Shown in pieces: positions 37,364 to 50,150 of a stretch of DNA of 64,000 bases. The translations under genes and the position numbers were made by a program. Numbering within the stretch: the stretch's first letter is position 1; each line of letters opens with the position of its first letter. The notes under the pieces were generated by a model. It was not told the origin of the DNA and made no database searches. It was given only the letters and a program-made list of their open reading frames with translations. The DNA is from Octopus sinensis (Eukaryota): NCBI RefSeq assembly GCF_006345805.1, contig NW_021836142.1, forward strand, positions 186,001 through 250,000. The letters are read 5' to 3'.

Positions 37364-37437
37364 AACATAGATATATATATATATACACAAACATACATAC
37401 ATATATATATATATATACACAAACATACATACATATA

Positions 37438-37486
<49 letters not shown>

Positions 37487-38219
37487 ATACATACACTCAC
37501 ACACACACATATATGAATATTATTACATAAATATATTAACACAGAAGATATGTGCAAAACTAAATTTACATTTGTAAATAAATATATGCAAAAATATATA
37601 AATTTTTATGTATGCATAAATACATATGTGTATGTATACTGATTTGTATACATAAATACATATGTTCATATGTATGCTAAAAAAAATATATATATATATA
37701 TCATTAGTATTTAATGTCCTCTCTTCCATGGCCAGACATGTTTTTCATGGGAGACCGGAAACAAACATCACCTACATGATAGTGATGCTTGTTTACAATC
37801 ACCATGTTATATTAAGACAAGGGTACACACACACATACATATATACAAATATGTGCATGTGTGTGCACTTACAATGGGCTTCTTTCAGTTTCCATCTATG
37901 AAACTTCACTCACAAGGTTTTGGTTGGGCTAGGGTTACATTTGAAGACACAGCATCTTGAGTAATTGTCTTTTACAATAGCTCAAAGAGAACTCAAACCT
38001 TCTAAGTGGATTTGGTATATATATATATATATATATATGTTTGTCCCCTCTATGTTTTGCCCCTTGTGGGCAGTAAAGAAATATATATTTATATATATAT
38101 ATATATATATATATACATACAAAAATGAATGTGAATATACAAATGTGAATACATAAATATAAATACATACACAAATGTATATAGAAACATGTATGTGTAT
38201 ATATAAATATATACATATA

Positions 38220-38502
38220 TATTCTGTTGTGTCTGGGGAGAGTAATTTTCTTTTTGTGCCTTATGATGTAACGCAATCACCGGTAAAATTTCTACTTATT
38301 TCTTATTTTTATTTTCCTAAAATTTTCGTTGCGTCTTGAAACCTTTTCGATAGTCTTCAATAGTTTTTAGAGAGTCAAGACTATTGAAAAGATTGCAAGA
38401 CGCAACGAAAATTTTTAGAAAAATAAATAAGTAGAAATTTTACCAGTGTGTTACATTATAAGGCGCAAAAAGAAAATGACTCTCCCCAGACACAACAGAA
38501 TA
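38220..38502. repeat. Palindromic (fold-back) element
   Basis: Arms of about 130-140 bp (38220-38358 vs 38376-38502). Confidence 0.85.
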
Positions 38503-39142
38503 TGTTTCAACACACGAACTCATATAAAGAATCTTACAAACCAAATCCAAAAACGAAATGCATATATATTATATAATTTTGTGAGGGCGCATGGCTTAGT
38601 GGTTTCAGTTCCTAGACCGGGTGGTGCATTGTATTCTTGAGCAAAACACTTTATCTCAAGTTGTTCTGCAGTCACTTTGACACCTGGCGCATGTTACACA
38701 GAGCACCTGTTCAAATGATGTCAGTTTGATGGAGAGAGTGATCTGATACACAGGTACAAATATTTGATCGCTATAAACAAATCATTTGTGTAGGTCATTT
38801 GGTAAAAGGTGAATGCTTATATGTTGTCTTTGATGGGAGAGTCCGTTATTATATATTTTATTAATGATTTGTAACAGTTAGAGAATGACTTAAGGACCCA
38901 GAGTTTTGTTCCATGTGCACTTATCAAGACCCAGTGCATGAAGTTATAGTTACAACTTAACTTCAAGCAATTATTAATAAAAACAATATATACTCATGTT
39001 CTGAGATCTCCTTTGCTGGTTGCCTCACCAAACTAATATATGTATATGTGTGTGCACACATATATACATGCATACATATATATATATATATACACACACA
39101 CACATTTGAATTTATATATATATAATATACACAACCCATTGA

Positions 39143-39189
<47 letters not shown>

Positions 39190-39239
39190 ATATTGTTATA
39201 TTTTGGAATGGTCATTTTGCAGTTTAGCCAATAAATATA

Positions 39240-39542
39240 TAAATGTACTATATACACATATATATGTATATATGTATGTATGTATGTATATATGTATGTA
39301 TGTATGTATGTATATAGGTATGTATGTATGTATATATGTATATATGTATGTATGTATATAGGTATGTATGTATATATATATATATGTATGTATGTATATG
39401 TATGAATATATATATATGTATGTATATGTATATATATATATGTATATATATGTATGTATGTGTATGTATGTATGTGTATGTATATATATGTATGTATATA
39501 TATGTATATATATGTATGTATGTGTATGTATGTATGTGTATG

Positions 39543-39613
<71 letters not shown>

Positions 39614-39628
39614 GTATATGTATGTATG

Positions 39629-39662
<34 letters not shown>

Positions 39663-39704
39663 TCTATGTATGTATATATATATGTATGTATATGTATGTA
39701 TATG

Positions 39705-39748
<44 letters not shown>
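39240..39748. repeat. Compound (TA)/(TATG) microsatellite
   Basis: About 500 bp of A/T/G simple repeat; the source of overlapping spurious ORFs. Confidence 0.95.
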
Positions 39749-39750
<2 letters not shown>

Positions 39751-40163
39751 GATGTGAAGCCTACTGGTTAGGGTTTTGCACTCAAGATTGTTAAATTGTG
39801 GGTTTGATTACCGGACTGGGTGTCACATTGTGTTCTTGAGCAAAACACTCCATTTCCTTTTGCTCCATTCCACTCAGCTGTAAATCGGCATAATTCTTAA
39901 GCTAAATTGATGCAAAGCACATTATCGCCAGTGATGTATAACAACAACTGATAGTGTATACCAGAATATATGCATAGTTCGACTAAAAATAAATTCAAGG
40001 CAGTGCCCCATCATGGTTGCAGTCTAATGACTGAAGTGAGTAAAAGATAAAAGTTATATATATATATAAATTATAATTATTACCTTTGAAGGTTTTTATT
40101 CCCATGCAGGCCACTTGATAAGATCGATAATTAAATTAACGGTCTTTTCTTATTTATATAAAT

Positions 40164-40210
<47 letters not shown>

Positions 40211-40264
40211 TATATATATAATATATATATATATATTTATATATGTATGTACGCATTGTATATT

Positions 40265-40830
40265 ATTTTATTCTTTTACTTGTTTCAGTCATCTGACTGT
40301 GGCCATTCTGAAGCACCACTTTAAAGGGTATTAGTGGAAAAAAGTAACTGACCCCCAGGACTTATTCTTTGTAAGCCTAGTACTTATTCTATCAGTCTCT
40401 TTTCCTGAACCATTAATTTACAAGGACATAAACACACTAGCATTGGTTGTCAAGTGATGGCTGGGGAGGAGGGAGGCAAACACAGACACACACACTGCAC
40501 TCACGGAGTGGTTGGCGTTAGGAAGGGCATCCAGCCGTAGAAACTTTGCCAGATCAGACTGGGCCTGGTGCAGCCTTCTGACTTCCCAGACCCCAGTTGA
40601 ACTGTCCAACCCATGCTAGCATGGAAAGCGGACGCTAAATGATGATGATGATGATATATATACACAACAGACTTCTTCCAGTTTCCATCTACCAAATCCA
40701 CTCGCAAGGCTTTGGTTGGCCTGAGGTTATAATAGAAGACAATTTCCCAAGGTGCCATGCAGAGGGATTGAACTCAGAACCATGTGGTTAGGAAGTGGTT
40801 AGGAAGTAAGCTTCTTACCACACAGTCACT
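40265..40830 (-). mobile_element. CORE-type SINE with a nested + strand RTE-tail repeat (about 40497-40655)
   Basis: SINE body is interrupted at its internal microsatellite. Confidence 0.8.
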
Positions 40831-40899
40831 AGTTTAAACTCAAGAGTTGTGGCCATGCTAGGCTACTGCCATTAGTTCTGCTACACTTTCATAACTTGA

Positions 40900-41830
40900 A
40901 ACCTCCTCTGATAATTGGTAATCTGCATTTCCTGTCACAAGGTAGGTTCATCTGGAACTCTTGACAGGAGGAAATCTAGTTTTGTTCTGAAAACACCAAC
41001 ATCCATCATGCATGTCTCTCAAGCTTTTCAGGAGAATATAAAGAATTGTGGGCCCTTGAAGCACCAACTTTCGCAGTGTCTGGTCCTGTACATTAATGAC
41101 AATGTTGGGATCTTTGGCACCCAATTCTGGTGTTTGTGTAAATTTCAGTGTAAAAGTCCTTCCAGGCTTTTCCATATGTATATCAATGCATATCTTTGAC
41201 ATCTTCATGGTAGGGAGTAGAGTCGACTTTTTCAGCCTTTCCCAGTAGCTAACCTGTTGCAGTGAAACAATCTTCTTTGTGTAGCTTCACTGGATTGCTT
41301 TGAGTTCCACCATTAACTTTACACTGTGTGGGGACCATAGTTGGAAGCAGTAGTTTGACTGAACACAACTGTCCTTCAGAGGACCATCATGGTTTCTGTT
41401 CTCTTACCCTGAAAGTTCTAAGGATCCATCCGGCCAGCCACCAGCATTTTATTGGCAACTTTGTAATATGCACCTGGAAAGAGAGATAATTTCTCATATC
41501 AATGCCCAGGTTACACACTGATTTTAATTCAAAGATTGAAACCCCTTCCATGGCAATATATCCTATCTGAATTTCATTGAGCTTGATGTGCTGTTAGTAA
41601 AGGGCTTGGAATTTTCCGTTATTAAACTGCATGTTATTGTTCTAAGCTCACCTATATACTGCTCTGAAATCCTGTGGCAGGTGCATAACATCTCCATGGT
41701 TTTTGTATTTTCTTACAGACTTTTGTATCATCTGCATAGCTAGCAAGGATGGCTATCGAGAGTATATCTGAGAAGGCCACCATGTGGCATTCCTGTGGAA
41801 TACCACTCACTGTTTTGTCTCAAAACATCT
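40900..41830 (-). mobile_element. Decayed CR1/L2-like LINE, RT domain 3' half
   Basis: VSGIPQ...YADDTK, QFNNGKFQAL, RCQRYALIYIWKSLEGL, FKGPQ, FRTKLDFLLSRVPDEP. Many stops and frameshifts. Confidence 0.85.
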
Positions 41831-42191
41831 GATGCTTTGGATGGGTCTTACATGCCCTCAAGTCAAAGCATTATGAAATATATATATATGCAGGTGTGAC
41901 CTTGTGGTTAGAAAGCTTGCTTTCCAACCACTTGGTTTCAAGTTCAGTCCCAATGTGTGAATCTTTAAACAAGTCTTTCTTTTGTTCTGTAGTCTCAGAC
42001 AGACCAAAATCCTGTGGGTGGATGTGATGAATAGGAACTGGAAGCAGCCTTATATATATATAGATACAAACATATACATACATACACACACATATATATA
42101 CATATATTTATATATATATACGGACATACATATATATACATACATATATATAAATACATACATATATATAAATACATACATACATATACAC

Positions 42192-42223
<32 letters not shown>

Positions 42224-42459
42224 ACGCACATATATTAACACATATATATATATATAATATATATATATATATATACACACACACATATATACGTATATAT
42301 ATTAACATATATATATGTATACATGTATGTACAGATTATATATTATTTTATTCTTTTACTTGTTTCAGTCATCTGACTGTGGCCATGGTGGAGCACCACT
42401 TCAAAGGGTTTTAGTCGAAGAAATTAATTGACCCCAGGACTTATTCTTTGTATATATTA

Positions 42460-42535
<76 letters not shown>

Positions 42536-42876
42536 CATATACATACATATATATATGAAGAAAGTATAATGGTTTTTTTAATACTTTCTGGATTAGCTGG
42601 AAGCTCTATTTAGAAGTTAGAAGCTTTCTTATATTCTTTATCTTTTTCTACCTCTGTACTACAATGCTTCAGCTACACATGTACATCTTTACACAGACAC
42701 ACAAACATATATATTTACATAAGAAATAGATGTAGGTATGACTGTGTGATAGGAAGTTTACTTGCCAGCTAGATTTTTCTGTGTTTTGTTCCACTGTGTC
42801 CATGTCTTCTCCTGTAGCCCCAGGCTGATCAAAACCTTGCAAGTGAAGTTGTTAAGCAGAATCTTACAGAAGCCTG

Positions 42877-42921
<45 letters not shown>

Positions 42922-43121
42922 CATGTATGTGTGCATATGAATCTTCTTGTAAATGATTGCCAGTCATCAAAGCAGTTTCAGTCATTCCAATCTTCTGTGA
43001 GTACATGTCTAGACATCGAGATATATTACTCTGCTTGGAACTAGGTGAGAGTTGGTGACAGGAAAGGCATTCAGCTGTAGGAAATCTAGCTCAATAAACT
43101 GTGGCTGTATATATATATATA

Positions 43122-43294
43122 TATAAAATACAGTGTACATTTAAACACATTAAGAGGTTTCTATCATAGGAATCCTTTATGCTAGAAAGAACAGCTAAAG
43201 CCCAAACCACTAATTAGGGATAAATTTTTTCTAGCATAAGGGATTCCAATGATGGAAACCTCTTAATGTGTTTAAATATACACTGTATTTTATA
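43122..43294. repeat. Palindromic MITE-like element
   Basis: About 66-bp arms TATAAAATACAGTGTACATTTAAACACATTAAGAGG... with a 40-bp spacer. Confidence 0.85.
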
Positions 43295-43458
43295 TGAATA
43301 ATATATAGTCTATTGACTAATTTTTCTATACACTAGGCAACTGGTGGTAAAAATTTTTTAAATCTTTATTACCCTGATATTATTAATTATATATATATAT
43401 ATATCATCATCATCATCTTCATCACTGTCGTTTAATGTCTGCCTTCCATATTAGCATG

Positions 43459-43492
<34 letters not shown>

Positions 43493-43499
43493 AATACAT

Positions 43500-43880
43500 A
43501 TCTCTTTTATCTGTTTAAGTCATTAGACTGTGGCCATGCTGGGGCACTGCCTTGAAGAACTCTTTAGTTGAATGAATTGGTCCCAGCACTAATATATTTT
43601 TTTAAAGCCTTGTACATATTGTACATCTCTCTCTTTGCTGAACAACTCAGTTATGGGGATGTAAACAAACCAATACCAGTTGTCAAGCAATGGTGGGAGA
43701 CAAACATATATATACGATTGGTTTCTTTCAGTTTCTGTCAACCAATCCTACTCACAAGACTTTGGTCAGCCCGAGGCTATAGTACAAGACTCTTGCTCAA
43801 GGTGCCACAGTGTGGGACTGAACTGGGAACTGTGTAGATGGGAAGCAAGTTTCTCACTACACAACCACGCCTGCACCTAG
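43500..43880 (-). mobile_element. CORE-type SINE, diverged
   Basis: Consensus motifs are recognisable. Confidence 0.75.
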
Positions 43881-43939
<59 letters not shown>

Positions 43940-44136
43940 AAGAGAAAAAGAGAGAGGCAGAGAGATTGTTGTAGATATCTAGATAGTTATAGATATATAC
44001 ACATAAATATATGAATTACATGAACATAGAAAGGACTGCATCCATTACGTAAACTTTCCTCAGTTAAAATATTTCAAGGTATGAACTTGTTGATGGAAAT
44101 ATTTCTACATATGGTCAGAGCATTTAGTTGGCTATA

Positions 44137-44175
<39 letters not shown>

Positions 44176-44514
44176 CTATATAATTAGGGTTCAGCAAGGA
44201 TTTGCTTCACCACATACCGAAGTTTAGAAATAGCAGTCAAAAAATCTTAGCTATTTCTTCTACTTTAAAGGGAGTTCCCAGAAAAAACAAAACACTTGAA
44301 AACAAACCACGCAGGCAAAAGGGGAAAAAATGACGAAAATCATTCTATAAAATGTACGTCCGTTACCCACGGACGTACATTTCAGAATTAAGTCAGTAAT
44401 TTCACCCTTTGTTTATGATATATATATGTGTGTGTGTGAGTATATCTGCATATCCATTAATATGTATATAGATATCTGTGTGGATGCATATATATATGTA
44501 TATATATTTTCTTT

Positions 44515-44755
44515 TTATTTGTTTCTGTCATTATAGTGTGGCCATGCTAAGGCATTGCCTTGTAGAATTTTTTTTTCAGATCAAACGAATAAACCCCAGT
44601 GCTTATTTTTTAAAGCCTGATATGTATTTTATCAGCCTTTTTTTTTTTTTGCCAAACTGCTAAGTTCAGAGAATTGAACACCCCAACTCTGGCTGTCATG
44701 CAGTGGTAGAGGCTAAACACAAACACAAAGATACACACACACACGTATATATATA

Positions 44756-44786
<31 letters not shown>

Positions 44787-44950
44787 AGTGTGTGTGCAAC
44801 AGGCTTCTCTTCAATTTCTGTTCACCAGATTTATTCACAAGGTTTTGGTTGACCTGATGCTATAGTAGAAGACACCCAAGGTGCCATGCAGTGGGACTGA
44901 ACCTGGAACCATGTAGTTAGGAAGCAAACTTCTAACCATACAGCCACATC
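44515..44950 (-). mobile_element. CORE-type SINE, diverged
   Basis: Consensus motifs are recognisable. Confidence 0.75.
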
Positions 44951-45015
44951 TGTACCTATATATATATGTGTGTGTGTATCTCTTTCTTTCTGCATATACA
45001 TACGCATACATGCAC

Positions 45016-45073
<58 letters not shown>

Positions 45074-45638
45074 TATATACACACATATGGATGTAGATGT
45101 GTTGTATGTGTGACTATGATTGTGTATACACAAATATAGATATTTACTTAAGTACTTTGATTTTTCTCTCAGTTCCTTCAACAAAATGATAGACTCCCTC
45201 CAGCGAAAGAATCAATCATTAACGTAAAGTACACAAACGATCTTCGTGTGTTATTTATGCTTTGTTATATTTGTACCTCGAAACATATTCTTTCATTCGT
45301 ACACATATACACTTCTATGCATATATACATATATATACGCACACGTGTGCAAATGAAAAAATTATGAATATATAAATAAAGGTAATTGTATATGAGTATA
45401 GAAATATACATGCATATATAATTTATATGCTTTATTAAATAGAACTGAACCATATACACCCTACTATGTGTATTCTATATGGAGAATATCTGATTCTCAT
45501 CTATGAGCTATATATAATTTATATATATATATATATAATATATATCATCATCATTTAACGTTTGCCTTACATGCTAGCATGGGTATACATGTATGTATAT
45601 ATCATATATATATATATACACTTACATATACGTGTGTA

Positions 45639-45669
<31 letters not shown>

Positions 45670-45847
45670 CACACACATTCATATAATGTATATATTTTTA
45701 TGTTTCAGCCCTAAGGTTGTGGCCATGCTGGAGCACCGTCAGTGTAATCATCTTTTCAATCTTGTGATTGGCATTTGATGAAGGAGGGAATTTGACACTG
45801 CTGCCCTCTTTCAATGCTATATATATATATATATATATATATATAGG

Positions 45848-46025
45848 CACGTAAAAAGCACCCACTACAATCTCAGAGGGGTTAGCGTTAGGAAGGGCAT
45901 CCAGCAGTAGAAACTCTGCCAGATCAGATTGGAGCCTGGTGCAGCCATCTGGTTTGCCAGTCCTCAGTCAAATCGTCCAACCCATGCTAGCATGGCAAGC
46001 AGACGTTAAACGATGATGATGATAA
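45848..46025 (+). mobile_element. RTE-tail repeat
   Basis: GCGTTAGGAAGGGCATCCAGC...GTTAAACGATGATGAT. Confidence 0.85.
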
Positions 46026-46731
46026 TGATATATATATAGTTAGCCAAATATATGTGGTTGTATATATGAATGTATATATCTTCCTTGTCACTAAAATCAC
46101 AATTATCTCTTACACTTTTTGCTAGTCAGATTTTAAGCATGTGAACCAAACCTATATGCATTATTTTTAATTGGGTCTTTTCTCCCTTTTTTTTTGTAAT
46201 CACCTCCTTATTCCAATCTACCCTGGACTTTCTGCTAGCTTCTGATTAAGGACTTCACACCTGTTACTCCACAACATATATTCCCCAGAAATCTGATTTT
46301 TATAAATAACATTCAGCTGGCATATTGGTCATTTAATTAGTTATTGCTTCAGGAAGCAAAGAGCTTTGCTTAGGTGGATAGGTTTGACAGCTTTCGGTGC
46401 TATTTGAGAGAAGCCTTCAGTGACCCCTTACATTCTTGTGTTTCTGTGTGTGTGTGAGCATACACATACAAACACACACACATTTACACAAGCATGAAAA
46501 TGGTGACTGTCAAAAAGAACAGTGAAAACAATCAGACCTTAAATGGAGAGATTACTATATTATTTTACATTTTTCATTGTGTTACCCATACACATATGTG
46601 TGTGTGTATATATCATGATCTATCTGTCTATCTATCTACATATATTTAGCTACATTTTCCTTTCTATCTCCTCTATCTTTATATATGTATCAACATTCCA
46701 TTATATATAATGATACACACATATATATATT

Positions 46732-46932
46732 TTCTTTTACTTGTTTATCATTTGACTGTGACCATGCTGGAGTACTGCCTTTAGTCGAACAAATCGACCC
46801 CAGAACTTATTCTTTGCAAGCCTAGTACTTATTCCATTGGTGTCTTTTGCTGAACTGCTAAGTTACAGAGACATAAACACACCAACATCTGTTGTCAAGT
46901 GATGGTGGGGGGACAAACACAGATACACAAAT

Positions 46933-46966
<34 letters not shown>

Positions 46967-47028
46967 TTGTTGTGCAAGATTTTTTATTGGTTAAACTGGT
47001 AATATGACCATTCCGAAATATAACAATA

Positions 47029-47069
<41 letters not shown>

Positions 47070-47210
47070 GTCAGGCATCTTTCATTTTCCATCTACCAAA
47101 TCCACTCACAAAGCTTTGGTCAACCCAAAGCTAAAGAAGTTACTTGCTCAAGGTGCCACACCATAAGACTGAACCCGGAACCATGTGGTTGGAAAGCAAG
47201 TTCCTTACCA
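46732..47210 (-). mobile_element. CORE-type SINE
   Basis: Consensus with expanded internal microsatellite. Confidence 0.8.
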
Positions 47211-47291
47211 TACATATATATGTATGTGTATATAATATATATATGTATGTGTATGTAATATATATATATGTCCTTGTGGAAGCTGTTGTGC

Positions 47292-47369
47292 GCGGCTGAA
47301 GAAGGCCAGAGACATACATTATGCATTGTTATAAATCTGTCTAATAAAGGCCCGAAACATATGTACCGC
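47292..47369 (+). ncRNA. Type I hammerhead ribozyme, near-intact
   Basis: Stem I GCGG/CCGC, CTGAAGA, stem II GGCC/GGCC with A-C at 10.1/11.1, GAAAC-ATAT-GTA. Predicted cleavage after 47365. Confidence 0.78.
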
Positions 47370-48055
47370 TGAATCCTTCGCATCATGTTTTTATATATAT
47401 ATATATATATATATCTTGGACTGCCCATGTTCAGTATACTGCAGGATGAAGGCCTCGGCATGTTATCTCCACCAACCACAGTCAGATGTGGTGGCCATAA
47501 ATTTGAGCTTGAGATCATACTGGTTTGATGAGTTCACTGTGACAAACTGGCTTATTTATATATATATGTATGTATATATATATACACACATATATACATT
47601 ATGCTAGAATGGAAAACTGATGTTAAATGATGATGCACATAAATATATATCTTCGTGTATTCAGGGTACAGCATAACTCCTAATAGTCTCATGACTGACT
47701 AACCAATTTTGTTATACTTCAGAAAATGTAGAGCTAGCACATTTCATAAAGGATAATTTATATAGATATACAAATATATGAGGATACCTGACAAATTCAC
47801 CAGGAATCTTCATGTCTGTAGTGTATGATTTGTTTAACATTAAAGACTGTCTGTACTTGAAATTTTCACAAACTATCAGAAAGTGATATTCTTCATACCA
47901 CACACAAAATTATATCATGCTCTACTTCTTTCATTTATACTAATTTATGCTATACATACACAAACACACATATATATATATATATATATATGATAATAAT
48001 CATATACAGCATGGCCACAGTCTAATGACTTAAACAGATAAAAGAGATATGTATT

Positions 48056-48089
<34 letters not shown>

Positions 48090-48255
48090 CATGCTAATAT
48101 GGAAGGCAGACATTAAACGACAGTGATGAAGATGATGATGATGATATATATATATATAATTAATAATATCAGGGTAATAAAGATTTAAAAAATTTTTACC
48201 ACCATTTGCCAAGCGTATAGAAAAATTAGTCAATAGACTATATATACATACACAA

Positions 48256-48297
<42 letters not shown>

Positions 48298-48496
48298 ATA
48301 TAACTATGTTCATATGGATATATATATATATATATATATACCCCAGAAACACATGCACGCAGATATATGCATACATATATACATGTGCACATGTACATGT
48401 ATACATATTTTGCTTTGACTTACAGGCTCAAATATCTTCATATACATGAAAAAATAACATGCGTGGATAAAATCTGAAAAACTTGTAAAAACTTCC

Positions 48497-48533
48497 CTGG
48501 TTGAAGATGTTCGCAGAATGAAACTTGTACCAG
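48497..48533 (+). ncRNA. Fossil minimal hammerhead (C3 mutated to T)
   Basis: CTGG-TTGAAGA-TGTTCGCAGAAT-GAAAC-TT-GTA-CCAG. Confidence 0.5.
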
Positions 48534-49789
48534 TCAATGTAAAAAGATGTATATATAGATATGTATATGCATATATACACATTCATGTGTGTGAATAATA
48601 TATCTATATATATCTTCATATACATACATATATATATATACAAATACATAGACATACATATATATATATATATATATATACATACATACACACATATATA
48701 TATATACATATATATACACACATATATATATATATATATATATAATCATACCACAGACACATATGTGTGTCATGATTATTATCATCATCATTTATTGTCC
48801 CACATTCCTTGCTGGTATGGATAGGATGGTTTGACAGGGTATGATGGATCTGAGGACAGCTTCAAACTCCAATGTCTTCTTTTGCATAGTTTTTGAGGCT
48901 CACTGCACTATCAACCACTTTACAGTGAGTAATGGGTGCTTTTTTTCATGGCACTTTCCTTAATTGCCTTCCTATGTATATATAAATAACGTTCCCTTCA
49001 TAGTATGTATATGGCACCACTAAATGTGTGTGTTTGTATATAAATAAATATATATATATATAAATACACATACACTTGAGTGTACATGTGAATATGTATA
49101 TACACTTAGGTATATAGATGCATGTACACACATATTTATACATAACCATAATATACACATTAATAACACATATGTACGCACAAACTATATGCATATATGT
49201 ATATTTATTCATTCATTTTTATATGCTTTTTTTTTACCAACGTAAGATGGGCTATATAGATTTCTTTTTTACAATTGGTTACCTTTCTTGTTTGAACCCA
49301 ATCATATATATCAAGTAAACCTTCTTCCATTTCAATGGAAATTTATTTGATAGAGAAAGTGACAACAACATCACTCTTGTAATTGAAAGATTTTCAGACA
49401 AGTGCAGATGGAAACACAGTCACATACAGAGGTATGTGTCTACCTGTATTTTTATACGTACACATAGCATACTTCTATCAGTTTCCATTCATGAAATCCA
49501 CTCGCAATTTTTTGGTCAATGGGCGCTATTTTACAAGGTGCTGGTCAAGAAGAGAGACAAAGAATGAATGAGCAAAACTTGTGGTATCACTTTAGAGCAT
49601 TAATTTATAAACTATTCTGCACTATTTTGAAATTTTAAATTAAATCTTCTAAAGTGATACCACATTTTGCTTGTTCATTCACTGCTTCTAATATATATCT
49701 AACTACTCAACGAAGACCACTTCTACCTATCTTCGATAAGCAACTTCAATGCCCCCACTTTTCTTTTCAGTTGCAGTTCAAGCTGGAGT

Positions 49790-50150
49790 TTTGGTAGTAA
49801 AGCTGTGTGGTTCAGAAATTCACTCTGCATCCATGTGCTTTTGGATTCAGTCCCAGCGAGTAGCACCTTGGACATGTGTCTTCTTCTATGACCTGTGGCC
49901 AACCAATGCCCTGTGAGTGAATTTGATAGAGAGAAACTGTGCACAAGCCTTTTGTGTGTGCTTGTCCCACCTCAATTGCTTGACAGCTGGTGCAAGTTTA
50001 TTTATGTTCCTAAAACTGTGCAGTTCATACCAAAGGAAGAAACCAATAGAATAAGCACCAGATCTTTAAAATGAATAAATAATACTGGGGTCAATCTGTT
50101 TGATGGTATTCCAGCACGATTGCAGTCCAATGACCGAAACAAGTAAAAGA
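49790..50150 (+). mobile_element. CORE-type SINE, diverged
   Basis: Head, CORE-like box and tail are recognisable. Confidence 0.7.

Noticed and set aside
37239-39771. Many overlapping Y/I/M/C/V-rich ORFs
   Set aside because: They are translations of (TA)/(TG)/(TATG) microsatellites with no coding signature. The same applies at 24.7-25.3, 42.0-42.3 and 48.0-48.8 kb.
44320-44400. 14-bp hairpin read as hammerhead stem III on the - strand
   Set aside because: The core is CTGACTT rather than CTGANGA and there is no room for stem II. Kept only as a hairpin.
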